Shown here piece by piece: positions 1-9,514 of a DNA stretch of 31,053 bases. A program made the position numbers and the translations under genes. Under the pieces are notes generated by a model. It had not been told where the DNA came from, ran no database searches, and saw nothing but the letters and a program-made list of their open reading frames with translations. This stretch comes from a virus (Duplodnaviria > Caudoviricetes). The stretch lies in the IMG/VR virus record IMGVR_UViG_3300042507_002293, positions 1 to 31,053 of that record, one strand, 5' to 3'. Position 1 is the first letter of the stretch. The number at the start of each line of letters is the position of its first letter.

Positions 1-505
1 CGTTTTTCTTTAACCAAATCCATACGCTATCGCCAGAGCCTCCTCCTCCGCCAGTTCTGTGATGTATTTGGGCTGAAAACTGTAAGTTATATGTTCCGCT
101 TTCTTCTACAGTAAACTTTGAATTATCTTTTACTGCTATTCCTTCTTCATAGTCTTTGTTGTCTACTGAAAAGTTATATGCTGTATTAATAGCAGCAGCA
201 GTTTGGTCTGAACTACTGAACCAAGACCCGTAAGCAAAACCTCCTTGAACATTTTCTGGAGTACTAAATTCTCCAACCCATACTGGGTAGTCTGGGTCAC
301 CACCAAGATAGAACACATACACGCCGCTTCCTATTGCTGGAGGACGACTAGTAGAAACTATTGGCCATATCCAGTTAGTAGTTGCGTCTTTATTAAAGGA
401 GGTTGATTGAACTTTTACCTTTAATCTACGAAGATATTGCGGGTCATTGTTGTCGTCAACAACGGCTCGATATACTCCGTACAGTCTCTTGATATGCCCG
501 TCCAT
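1..505 (-). CDS. Baseplate spike-base protein: gp5/gpV-type OB-fold fused to a C1q/TNF-like domain (3' end outside window)
   Basis: Not in the ORF track; translated by hand from ATG at 505 (TAATG overlap): MDGHIKRLYGVYRAVVDDNNDPQYLRRLKVKV...TNWIWP...PAIGSGVYVFYLGGDPDYPVWVG (OB-fold pattern), then YGSWFSSSDQ...FTVEESGTYNLQFSAQI...VWIWLKKN. Frame is open to the window edge. Confidence 0.8.
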   Translation of the reverse strand, partial: MDGHIKRLYGVYRAVVDDNNDPQYLRRLKVKVQSTSFNKDATTNWIWPIVSTSRPPAIGSGVYVFYLGGDPDYPVWVGEFSTPENVQGGFAYGSWFSSSDQTAAAINTAYNFSVDNKDYEEGIAVKDNSKFTVEESGTYNLQFSAQIHHRTGGGGGSGDSVWIWLKKN

Positions 506-2064
506 TAGATTTCTGTAATGTTCGTATTTGCTTCAGTGAATCTGAACAACTCATCTGGGTCACCCGTCAAGATAGTTAACGCTGGGCTTGCTCCATCACG
601 GTATAGTTGAACTACCTTTGCAACTTTAATTCCTGGAACTTGTTGTAATGAGAACTCAATGTCTTGAGGATAAATAATGTCTTCAAAGAACACTCCCGCG
701 TATCCAAAGTCCGAAAGAATCTTATTTTTAATTGCAAGTTCTATTTCAGCGTTTGTGTATTGGTCAAGTTTTGTGTACTGAATGCTTGCTAGCACATCCA
801 CATAAGTTGGTGGAGATACAGTTACAGTAGTTCCTAATAAGATTTTGTCAGACAAGTAAACCTCAACATCTTCTTTTAATCCGTCGTACTCCAGTGTTGG
901 GTCTCCATTGTCGTCAAGACCTGGTGCTGGGTCAGCATCTGTTGTTGAACGTGTAGGGGCAATGTAAACCGTTACAGAGGTCCACGTTGCTGCCGTTGCG
1001 TTTGCTTTTCCCACTCCAGTAACTGCTAATGACAAATCAGCAAAATCTTGAAGAGTTACTGCTCGGGTGTTTGCTCGCAAAGAAATTGGAGCAGCAGTTC
1101 TAATTTGATTAGTGTCTTCTGGGTCAGACCCACCAACTGCAACTGAGTTATTAGCAACAGTGAGTGTGCTTTGCAACGCAGTGACTTGAGACTCCGACAA
1201 TCCAGGGATGTAATCAATAGTGTCTAAAATTCCATCTACAATGTTACCAAAGGAACCGCCACCAACGGTATACCTGGCTCGTATTTCTGAATACAAGGTT
1301 GGGATTGCTCCTGAAACACCGTCTCCAAAGATAATTGAGACGTTGTTTTCTTCATCTACTAATGTTGAAAAGACTTGGTCTGTTGAGTCATAGTCTAATA
1401 AGTGCTGCACCTGTGTCCATTTGGTGTACACATCGCCATCTTGTACGTACACCTCAATTGAGTCTTCTACTACTGGAGTTTCACTCAAATCAAAACGCAT
1501 ACCTGGTTTTCCAGTTGACTCTCCAATTAATTCACCATATTCATTTGCATTTTCTGCAATGAGTGTGATGGAACGCCCGTGGTAAACGGTTATGTCTTCA
1601 GTTCCTACAGTAGAGCCTACTTGAGCAGGAACTTCAATCTCTGTGTTAGTTGAAAAATACACTGGTTGAACCGTGTCTCCTTCAATAATTTCTCCTGCCA
1701 ATACAGTTCCAACGGGTAGAACTACAGCAGTGCTTGAAGTGTTACTGAAAGTCGCTGTTACAAAGGCTGCACGATAACCTGCTGGGCTATAACCGTATGT
1801 CTGAGCAATACTGAGGACGCTACTTCTTTGAGTAGCAGTAGATATGAACCCTTCATTGGCGTTTCTGTCTATGTAGTAGGAAATCATGTCTCCCAAATAG
1901 GCAAAAGCCTCTACAAGAGCAACGCCAAAGTCTGCTGGGTCTGCTGCAGTCCATTCTGGGATTCGGTCTTGAATACGAGCAATTAACTCTGTTCTAATTG
2001 AATAGAAGTCTTTGCTTGTGTAGTCAACAGACAACGGGATATTGGATGGGGGGGTTACACTCAT
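505..2064 (-). CDS. Baseplate wedge protein (gpJ / T4 gp6-like)
   Basis: DYTSKDFYSIR, PEWTAADPADFGVALVE, YYIDRNANEGF, FGDGVSGAIP, GGSDPE, RAVTLQDF motifs; follows gp25. Confidence 0.92.
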   Translation of the reverse strand: MSVTPPSNIPLSVDYTSKDFYSIRTELIARIQDRIPEWTAADPADFGVALVEAFAYLGDMISYYIDRNANEGFISTATQRSSVLSIAQTYGYSPAGYRAAFVTATFSNTSSTAVVLPVGTVLAGEIIEGDTVQPVYFSTNTEIEVPAQVGSTVGTEDITVYHGRSITLIAENANEYGELIGESTGKPGMRFDLSETPVVEDSIEVYVQDGDVYTKWTQVQHLLDYDSTDQVFSTLVDEENNVSIIFGDGVSGAIPTLYSEIRARYTVGGGSFGNIVDGILDTIDYIPGLSESQVTALQSTLTVANNSVAVGGSDPEDTNQIRTAAPISLRANTRAVTLQDFADLSLAVTGVGKANATAATWTSVTVYIAPTRSTTDADPAPGLDDNGDPTLEYDGLKEDVEVYLSDKILLGTTVTVSPPTYVDVLASIQYTKLDQYTNAEIELAIKNKILSDFGYAGVFFEDIIYPQDIEFSLQQVPGIKVAKVVQLYRDGASPALTILTGDPDELFRFTEANTNITEI

Positions 2065-2462
2065 CGTGACTCCTCATAGATTGGGGCGGTTCCTGCTATA
2101 GACACTAAACCGATAGATGTACTGACAACTTCGTCGTTAGGTAATGCGTAGATGATGTCTACGTTCATTACGCCTGAAAATTCATCAAAGGTGGATGTTA
2201 CGTCGTCTAATGTTAAAGATGGTAATTGAGAATTAAAGGCTGCAATTACTTCTGTTCTAATTTGTGCGTCAGCATCCTCTGTTGTTTCAAAAACTGAAGA
2301 GGGTATGTCTGTGCCAAACTCAGGCTGCATGACCCGTTCTCTTAGTGCTGTGCCTATTACAGAGCGTACTCTGTCCGCCCATATCTTTTGAGGCTCCGTA
2401 GTATCTGCTAGTTTTCCAAAAGAGTTTATTGAAAATGGTAGGGAGATTGCTTTTTCGGCCAT
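2061..2462 (-). CDS. Baseplate wedge / sheath initiator, gpW/gp25 family
   Basis: T..RERVMQPEFGT motif. Start moved to ATG 2462 (TAATG overlap with the hub gene). Confidence 0.9.
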   Translation of the reverse strand: MAEKAISLPFSINSFGKLADTTEPQKIWADRVRSVIGTALRERVMQPEFGTDIPSSVFETTEDADAQIRTEVIAAFNSQLPSLTLDDVTSTFDEFSGVMNVDIIYALPNDEVVSTSIGLVSIAGTAPIYEESR

Positions 2463-3709
2463 TATGCACCTACCCATCTTCTAGGGGCAACTGTGTACCC
2501 AACGGAGTTTGCGTTCACTATTGTTGTAGTAGCGCTAATTCTAGTAGAGGTAGGTGCACTCAAACCCTCTGTAGAGGCTTCAAAGGCTAAATTTCTCACT
2601 GGAACTGTGCCAGCCATTGTAGGTCTAAATACTCCCCCTTTGTTTGCCCCAGTTCCATCAGACATACAGGTAAAGTCTACGTAGTACCGACCATCATGAG
2701 TAACGAAGTGTTCAACATCTTCTATCACCCAAAAACCATCTGTGAAGTCTCCAGTCCCATTTACCTCAACAGTTCTGTATGGAGCCATTAGGGGGTCTCC
2801 CTGACCCTTGCCTTCAGCACGTAAGGAGTAGTGAGACAGCACTGCCTGTGCTTTAGACAACTCTCTAGCCATACTTGGGCTAGAAGACATGGTTCCACTA
2901 AGGCTTTCTTTAAAGAGCGTGTTTCTTACATCTTTTCTCAACGTTTTTTTAAAATCACTTGGGGAATGAGAAGCAGTAAAGGATTTTCCAGTTAATGGGT
3001 CAATACCTGATACTTGTTTTTCTCTTTTACTATAAACGCCCTCAGTTGAGTCTCCGACTGTAGGAACAAAGGTATCTAAGGTAGGAGACATGATTGAAAC
3101 GACTTGATTCTCTTCCCAATCATGATAGAGAACAGGGATAACAGTTGCAAACTTATCAATCATCACATCAAGAGGATGAAAATGAAGTTCTGTCTTACTC
3201 ATCTGTACCACATAGCCTACTCTGTGGGCTAGTTCTTTTAGTTTTTCCCAGTAGGTATGGTTAACCATAGATTGTTGAGAAAACCTAATTTTGCTTGGTG
3301 TAACTTTTGGTTTAAGTTTAAATTTTTGGGCTATTTCAGTGACTATCTCGGTGGCTGTTCTGTTTACCCAAATTTTATTGCCCATATCTTTTAGACCAAA
3401 AGATGAACCCATACCTCTAACCATTACTGGCTTTTTTAAACTCTGTTGATGGGTTGGGCTAACGTCGTACACATACCCATACCAAATATTTGTGTTTAAT
3501 CCGTTAGTCCACGATATGGTTAAAGGAACACCAGTCTTCAATGCCTGTTGATAAAATGGGGTGAAATTAGGATAAGTTATTTCTACAACGTCTTGTTTTC
3601 CTGCTTTTTGAATAAGCCTGAAGTTATGAGGCAAGGTATTAAAAGAAGGAAAATCAGGAAATGTAACTTTAAAACTAGTTGCATTCCTATATTGATAGGA
3701 CCTATTCAT
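2462..3709 (-). CDS. Baseplate hub (gpD/gp27/VgrG-like)
   Basis: TATEIVTEIAQKF, Q..HTYWEKLKELA, GQGDPLMAP..VEVNGTGDFTDGFWVIEDVEH pattern; position in the baseplate module. Confidence 0.85.
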   Translation of the reverse strand: MNRSYQYRNATSFKVTFPDFPSFNTLPHNFRLIQKAGKQDVVEITYPNFTPFYQQALKTGVPLTISWTNGLNTNIWYGYVYDVSPTHQQSLKKPVMVRGMGSSFGLKDMGNKIWVNRTATEIVTEIAQKFKLKPKVTPSKIRFSQQSMVNHTYWEKLKELAHRVGYVVQMSKTELHFHPLDVMIDKFATVIPVLYHDWEENQVVSIMSPTLDTFVPTVGDSTEGVYSKREKQVSGIDPLTGKSFTASHSPSDFKKTLRKDVRNTLFKESLSGTMSSSPSMARELSKAQAVLSHYSLRAEGKGQGDPLMAPYRTVEVNGTGDFTDGFWVIEDVEHFVTHDGRYYVDFTCMSDGTGANKGGVFRPTMAGTVPVRNLAFEASTEGLSAPTSTRISATTTIVNANSVGYTVAPRRWVGA

Positions 3710-3977
3710 TTGGAATCCTTAAAGGTGTTCCAGGCTCTATTGAAAATGGGTCAACAATTTCTGGATTTATATCTGCAATTCGCCACCACAAATTTGGTTT
3801 TCCTAAGTAACGCAAAGACAAGTTATCAAGTCTGTCTGTCTCTACCCAGTAATGCCAAAAAAATGTAGTTACATAGTTTGGCCAAGTTCTATTTACAGAT
3901 AATTGATACTTTCCTGTGCGTGAATCGTAAGCCTTATAAAGGCGACCATCTGCGTATCTGCTGTCTAAAAATATCAT
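3702..3977 (-). CDS. LysM-like baseplate protein (gpX/gp53-like)
   Basis: DRLDNLSLRYLGKPNLWWRIADINP...IEPGTPLRIP. Confidence 0.88.
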   Translation of the reverse strand: MIFLDSRYADGRLYKAYDSRTGKYQLSVNRTWPNYVTTFFWHYWVETDRLDNLSLRYLGKPNLWWRIADINPEIVDPFSIEPGTPLRIPNE

Positions 3978-5374
3978 CGGTAACCTGCCGCTTGTAAATC
4001 AGAAGGAGAAGGAGAACCAGACCAGGAGGTTCCACCACTTGGAGTTGTGTATGTGGTGAAGTTTGTTCCACCACTTCTTTCGGGAGAATCGTTGAACCTT
4101 AAACAGGTCAACTTAACAGTTGAAAGAATTGGAACCATCTTGCTGTTAAACATGATGTGATTTACTGAGAAGTCTTGAATACGAACTTTGTACCTCATCT
4201 GTGCACCAAGGTGAAGTTCTACGATTGCAGGTCGTAGCCAACCTCTATCGGCGGTATCCCCTTGCAACATTGATGATTTGAAAGTTGCATGAGGTCCGTT
4301 TAGTGTTTTAAATAAGTACTCAAGGTCATACATAGTACCTTTTTTCCACAACTCTGTTTCATCTTTTGCGGTGATGGTTCGTGGGTAAGGGTATGGGTTT
4401 TTAGAGGTAATTCCTTTGTCTGAAAGAATCTTCATATCTTCAATACGGTTTAACCACAAGGTAAATTCAACTACGCTTGACAACAGACCAGCAGAAATAG
4501 GAATAAACTCATCGTCTCCACTTGCAAGAAACTGTGGATTCATTGCAGTATTAATCTGCCAACCCATACTGACAGTCGTTGGGTTATAGAGGAATCTAAA
4601 CCCATAAAGTTGGTCATCAAAGTTTGTAAAAGTGGTACCTGTTGGGTCTTTCTTTTTTAAGACTTTAGTAACAAACTTTTTGTCCATTTGAATTGCGCCA
4701 CGGCTATGCTTTCCGTCTGCTCCCCAAGCATTTTGTGCAGACTCGTAACCAGGAGCAGTGATAACTGAATCTCCTAAAGTTTTTGCAGCCATTCCAGCAT
4801 TAAAGTACGCCGATTTAACCATCGGTGGGTTGTACCTATAAGGTCCTTTAGCATCTACGCCTCCACCTGTGCTGTTAGTTGCGTTTCCGCCTCCTGTTGT
4901 AGGGGGCCGTGAACTGCTTGTGTTTGATGTCTGTGTTTGCTGTGTTCTAGAACGGTCACTTGCCCCTACAGTGTCGTTTATCTGTTTGGTTTTTGCTTTT
5001 CGTTGATTGTTTAGGTTAGTTCTTCTGGTTGTGTAACCTTTTAAACGATTTGTGCTAGCAGTTATAGGCTGTTGTAAAACTGCTAGTTGAGCAAGTTCAG
5101 ATGAGTTTAACTCACTCTGCAATCCATTGGGTGCAGCAAGTTTGAAGTAATCTTGATAATCTTTTTTTGCCTTGTTTAAAACAAACTCTTCATTATCAAT
5201 TAATACTTTTAAGTCTTTTAATTGCGTGTCTATTTTAGTAATCTCAGACTTTAAAGAAGCAAGTTTTTTCTTTTGCTCGTCTTTTGCCTTTTGTTTAGCA
5301 CGCTCATTTTCTTGTCTCTTTTTTGCTTCAAGAGCGGCTTTGGCTGCATCTTCATAGTTTGTTTGTCTAGACAT
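3974..5374 (-). CDS. Tail tube initiator-like baseplate protein with N-terminal coiled coil
   Basis: FRFLYNPTTV near the middle and C-terminal IQDFSVNHIMFNSKMVPILSTVKL, as in CIS tube-2/initiator proteins; lies between tape measure and LysM genes. Confidence 0.65.
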   Translation of the reverse strand: MSRQTNYEDAAKAALEAKKRQENERAKQKAKDEQKKKLASLKSEITKIDTQLKDLKVLIDNEEFVLNKAKKDYQDYFKLAAPNGLQSELNSSELAQLAVLQQPITASTNRLKGYTTRRTNLNNQRKAKTKQINDTVGASDRSRTQQTQTSNTSSSRPPTTGGGNATNSTGGGVDAKGPYRYNPPMVKSAYFNAGMAAKTLGDSVITAPGYESAQNAWGADGKHSRGAIQMDKKFVTKVLKKKDPTGTTFTNFDDQLYGFRFLYNPTTVSMGWQINTAMNPQFLASGDDEFIPISAGLLSSVVEFTLWLNRIEDMKILSDKGITSKNPYPYPRTITAKDETELWKKGTMYDLEYLFKTLNGPHATFKSSMLQGDTADRGWLRPAIVELHLGAQMRYKVRIQDFSVNHIMFNSKMVPILSTVKLTCLRFNDSPERSGGTNFTTYTTPSGGTSWSGSPSPSDLQAAGYR

Positions 5375-7845
5375 TAGACGCTTCCTATCGCTGAGTTATT
5401 GTTACTGCGTTTTAAGTATGTCTCTACCATTTGAGCAAACTTGCGTGCAGATTGGTCATCTGGTTGTTCAAATTTAACTGTTATGTACACATTGTTAGTT
5501 CCAGGCTCATTTACTGGTTGCGGTAAAGAAGCGCCAAAACCAGATGTTCCTCCACCTTGAGGAAATTTGTATCCTGGGCTGTTTGTCCTACCATTGAGCC
5601 AAGCAGAGTTGTTAACTGCGTTCAAAATAGCCGAAGTTCCAGCATCACTTTGGAATGCAGCGACAACGTCTGCATAACCGCGTTCAACAGACTTATTGCC
5701 AAGAAGCGTTTTTACAGTTGCGGTAAGTCCTGTTTCCCATGAGTCATAGCGTTTTACGCCAACCTCGTTCATGCTTCCAATAGCACCCTTTATATCAAGG
5801 GTTGTATTTAGAGGGTTGTAGGACGCACTGTTCTTCCAATGTCCTCCCTCAAATCTCATCCATGTAGTTAAGGCTCCAATATTACCTTCGCTTACTGGAG
5901 CACCAATCTTTGTTAAGAACTTCTTTGCCCAATCAATCTCACTTCCAGTACCCTTTACTGAAACATAATTAGCGCTAGAACTGCTATTTGGAGAAGAGGA
6001 CTTTTTACCTACTTTTATAGACATAGCAGATGCAAAATCTTGACTGTAAGCAGCCATTGACGCTGAGAAATTTCCTGCAGAACCTTCAAGGCTGTTAGGG
6101 TCTACTGGATTGTTTTTACCCTTTCGCACTTCATAGTGTAAGTGAGGACCAGTTACATTTCCAGAATCTCCTGATTTACCAATCTTTTGTCCAGGTTTTA
6201 CTTCATCTCCAACTTTTACATCACGAGAACTTAAATGACCATAAATTGTTTGATAACCATTGGCATGGTCAATAACAACGGCAGTTCCGTAATCTGGACC
6301 TGGGTTTACGCTAGAAACTTTTCCTGGAAGTTGAGCAATGACTGGAGTTCCCTTTGGAACTGCGTAGTCGATACCTGTGTGCTTACCGTTTGTTCCAGCC
6401 CACATTCCAGAGTTGTCCTGAGCGCCATAAGGTGCGCTAACTGCTCCAGAGACAGGTGCTCCTCCACCTTTGCCACCCAACATACTTGCGCCAAATGCAG
6501 CGCCAAAACCAGAAGTGCCACCTCCAACAAATGGGATAGCGTCTGTGAATTGTTTAACACCAGTCATAAACTGTTTGACGCCGTCAGTAAACACTGTTGC
6601 AAAGGTAGCAAGACCTTGACCAACGTTGGTTCCGCCAACACCCCCAATAAAACCTCTGAGATAACCTAATTCTTCAGCAACAGGCTTTAAGGCTTTATTA
6701 AATGCTTCTACAGTGTCAGCAGCATTTTCAAACCCCTCAACCATTCCCTTTGCTGCTTCATTCATTAACTCTGTTTGAGAAACATTCAAACGAGCAGCAG
6801 AATCAAGTACTGTGTTTTCGTTTCCAATTGGAGCCTTTGCTGTTCTTAAATCTGGGTTTCTTCCTTCAGAAAGGTCAACCATTGCTTGACGAATCATCTC
6901 TTGCTGTGCAGCATCAAATCCCATAGTTTTAAGGTTTGCACCAAGTGCACCTCTTAAGAAAGACTCGTTTACTGCTTTTGCTCCACTAACTCCACCAGGA
7001 GCCATCAAATCCATTAAATCTTTTGCAATTTCTCCAACAGGTCTGTCTTTACCAGTCTGAGTATCGTATGTGCTGATGCCGTATTGGTAAAGATTCGCTC
7101 CCATAGGACCAGATTGGAAACCAGAAATAGCAGATGCTGCGGCTGCGTTCTCTATTCCAAGGTATCTATATGCTCCAGCAACTTCTTGTCCTGCTTGTGT
7201 AAAGTTAGAAGTTCCTGGGGTGTATCCGCGACCAGCCAGTAATGCTGCAACAAGAGAGTCAGAGCCAACGCTCGACATTCCGCCCTTCATACTTCCCATA
7301 AACTGGGATTGGAATTGTGCTCTGTTTATTCCAGGAGCACGCAACGCTGCTTGATAGTAACCAATCTCGCGTTGCATAGTTAACGCAAGGTCTGGCATCG
7401 CAGCATATGCACCCGCAACAGGCGCTAGAGCCATCTTTGCTAAACCAAGGCCCGTATTTTGAGCACCAGCCGCTGCTTGACTTAAACCGCCGTCATCTGC
7501 TTCCCAGTAACTTTGTTGTCTAAAACTTCCACCAAAACCACCGCCAAAAGAAGATTGGTTGTAGTTGAACTTGCCCATTCCGTCGTCCATTTGGGAATAA
7601 GACGGCATACCTCCGCCAGTTGGTGTAAACCTAGCGCCATCAGTGCCAGTTCCAGGACGAGACGTTGCTGAACCAAGGTGTGCAGTTCCGCCCATGTTTC
7701 TAAGAGCACCTTGAACTCCTTCAACAGCGCCTTCTGCAGCACCTGATACTTTATCTACGGCAGCATAGAGTTCATTAACTTTTTGAGTGAGTGTGGCAAC
7801 GCCATTAGTAACGGACTGAATGTTTGTCAACATTTTGTTAGCCAT
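5374..7845 (-). CDS. Tape measure protein with M23 peptidase and lysozyme-like domains
   Basis: Ala/Gly-rich helical N-terminal half; M23 motifs HTGID and GPHLHYE; C-terminal W..FEGG...YNPLNTT...VKRYDSW region; follows the tail chaperone. Confidence 0.85.
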   Translation of the reverse strand: MANKMLTNIQSVTNGVATLTQKVNELYAAVDKVSGAAEGAVEGVQGALRNMGGTAHLGSATSRPGTGTDGARFTPTGGGMPSYSQMDDGMGKFNYNQSSFGGGFGGSFRQQSYWEADDGGLSQAAAGAQNTGLGLAKMALAPVAGAYAAMPDLALTMQREIGYYQAALRAPGINRAQFQSQFMGSMKGGMSSVGSDSLVAALLAGRGYTPGTSNFTQAGQEVAGAYRYLGIENAAAASAISGFQSGPMGANLYQYGISTYDTQTGKDRPVGEIAKDLMDLMAPGGVSGAKAVNESFLRGALGANLKTMGFDAAQQEMIRQAMVDLSEGRNPDLRTAKAPIGNENTVLDSAARLNVSQTELMNEAAKGMVEGFENAADTVEAFNKALKPVAEELGYLRGFIGGVGGTNVGQGLATFATVFTDGVKQFMTGVKQFTDAIPFVGGGTSGFGAAFGASMLGGKGGGAPVSGAVSAPYGAQDNSGMWAGTNGKHTGIDYAVPKGTPVIAQLPGKVSSVNPGPDYGTAVVIDHANGYQTIYGHLSSRDVKVGDEVKPGQKIGKSGDSGNVTGPHLHYEVRKGKNNPVDPNSLEGSAGNFSASMAAYSQDFASAMSIKVGKKSSSPNSSSSANYVSVKGTGSEIDWAKKFLTKIGAPVSEGNIGALTTWMRFEGGHWKNSASYNPLNTTLDIKGAIGSMNEVGVKRYDSWETGLTATVKTLLGNKSVERGYADVVAAFQSDAGTSAILNAVNNSAWLNGRTNSPGYKFPQGGGTSGFGASLPQPVNEPGTNNVYITVKFEQPDDQSARKFAQMVETYLKRSNNNSAIGSV

Positions 7846-7848
7846 GCA

Positions 7849-7980
7849 TCAGTCCTTTCTACGAATGTACTTGGCTACTTCTAACCAATTTTGACGCTCT
7901 CGTGGAGAAAGCGCTTTAATTTCTGTTAGCGTCCATCCTTCAAAGGAGTTCACTAACGCTGCCCAATCAGCCATTAACAT
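7849..7980 (-). CDS. Tail assembly chaperone C-terminal (gpT-like) segment, probably expressed by frameshift
   Basis: Hand-translated 43 aa MLMADWAALVNSFEGWTLTEIKALSPRERQNWLEVAKYIRRKD; no clear SD; frame is open back across the upstream stop. Confidence 0.7.
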   Translation of the reverse strand: MLMADWAALVNSFEGWTLTEIKALSPRERQNWLEVAKYIRRKD

Positions 7981-7996
7981 GCCAAAGGGCGTGACC

Positions 7997-8803
7997 TTAG
8001 AATCGAAACAAGGTACCGAAATTAATCGGCACTTGTACCTCTCTTCCTGTGTCAGGGTCAGTTACAGTTATGTTGTCAAATTGTGGTCCAGGAATACGTT
8101 TGTTTATTTCGTCAACAATCTTGCGTCTATCAACAAGTCCAAGATTTCGTACCTGTTGTTTGTTCAGTACTGGAGAGCCATTGATTTGAACAACCGTGTA
8201 CTCAAGCATGATGGTCGTTAACTCAGCAGCAGACTTGTCTGAACTGGCAATAATTTCTTTTTGCGCCTTACCTGTTGGTAACTGCACAATAAAAGTGTCC
8301 TTCTTACCTTGTACTTCAAACACACGGTCATTAAGAGGGTCTGATAAAGACTTGGTCTTAATGTCAACATCTAGGTCAACTTCAACTGGCTTAATTTCTC
8401 CACCAAAGTTAACCTGAATCTCTGCTGTGCGTCCAAAGGTTGCTTTGAAGATAGCCAAAAGCAGCGTGTCTCTGTCTCCAGAAAGCAAGTTATCAAGCAC
8501 ATTTTCTTCTGCTTTTAAGTTACCGATACGAACGGTACCTCTCTGCAAAATAGTTAAAAGCGCACGACCAACATTTGCTGCTTTAGCAATTGCTTCTTCA
8601 TCTGCACCAGTCAACTCCCGAACTTCGGCTTCGGTAATGACCTCCCCAGCGTCTGTCAAATAGCCGCCAGGGAGGGTCACTACATTATCCGAAGGGGGTG
8701 TTAACTTTACTTCTTGTTCTGGCTTTGGAGTTTCATCCATAGCCTTCTTAATCAAATCATTTGCCAATGCGGGATTAGCCGCTGCACTAATTGTTTTCGA
8801 CAT
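7997..8803 (-). CDS. Tail assembly chaperone / T4 gp26-like baseplate assembly protein
   Basis: VTLPGG, VRELTGADEE, LLSGDRDTLLLAI..ATFG motifs; lies between tube and tape measure. Confidence 0.75.
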   Translation of the reverse strand: MSKTISAAANPALANDLIKKAMDETPKPEQEVKLTPPSDNVVTLPGGYLTDAGEVITEAEVRELTGADEEAIAKAANVGRALLTILQRGTVRIGNLKAEENVLDNLLSGDRDTLLLAIFKATFGRTAEIQVNFGGEIKPVEVDLDVDIKTKSLSDPLNDRVFEVQGKKDTFIVQLPTGKAQKEIIASSDKSAAELTTIMLEYTVVQINGSPVLNKQQVRNLGLVDRRKIVDEINKRIPGPQFDNITVTDPDTGREVQVPINFGTLFRF

Positions 8804-8820
8804 TATGTTCCTTTGTTAGA

Positions 8821-9495
8821 TTAGAGAACTTGTAGGAGTCCGCCACTGCCGCTGCCAGAAGTACTACTTCCTGCAGGTGCACCAGCACCAAATGCTGGAG
8901 CATTTTGAGTTAGGCTAGGTGCCCAATTGATGTCAAAGCCTTCATGCACGAGCGTCATCTGCTCCACAAGAAGTGCGTTATCACCAGCGTTGAGGTCTGA
9001 GTATGCCACAGCAGTTGGCCAAGCGTTGTACACGCGGGCACGCAGGGCTACGTGGTCTGTTGCGGTTGAATTATCATCTTCACCAGCAGCAGGAATTGGG
9101 TGAGATAGAACCTGAATCTCAAGGTCGCAACGGAAGTTTTGACCAAGTGCACGTGTGCTACCACCAGAGGCAACAGTTGCGAATAGATTGCGCATCCATT
9201 CCCAGTTCTGCTTTGTGTTAATAATTACACCACGCTGTAGCGTGATTGGTGTGAAGGTTGTTTGACCAGGAATCTGGTGTACAACAGTGTTGTATCCACC
9301 TTCACGGTAAGGGATGGAATCGGTTGTCACAGATAAACCAGAAACAGAAGTAAAGCCAAACGTAGTGGCTTGTGCTCCTACCAACCCTTTTAGGGCAGTG
9401 TTTGTGGTGTCCTGTGGAATAAACGAAACCAAGAACCTAAAGTTACGTAACGGGTCAGTTATTAGGTTTGACCTAGGGTTAACGATTGTAGGCAT
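8821..9495 (-). CDS. Tail tube protein (T4 gp19-like)
   Basis: DPLRNFRF, GFTSVSGL, YREGG, PGQTTFTPITLQRG, YNAWP, EQMTLVHEG. Confidence 0.95.
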   Translation of the reverse strand: MPTIVNPRSNLITDPLRNFRFLVSFIPQDTTNTALKGLVGAQATTFGFTSVSGLSVTTDSIPYREGGYNTVVHQIPGQTTFTPITLQRGVIINTKQNWEWMRNLFATVASGGSTRALGQNFRCDLEIQVLSHPIPAAGEDDNSTATDHVALRARVYNAWPTAVAYSDLNAGDNALLVEQMTLVHEGFDINWAPSLTQNAPAFGAGAPAGSSTSGSGSGGLLQVL

Positions 9496-9514
9496 TAGTT
9501 ATTTCTCCTTCGGG

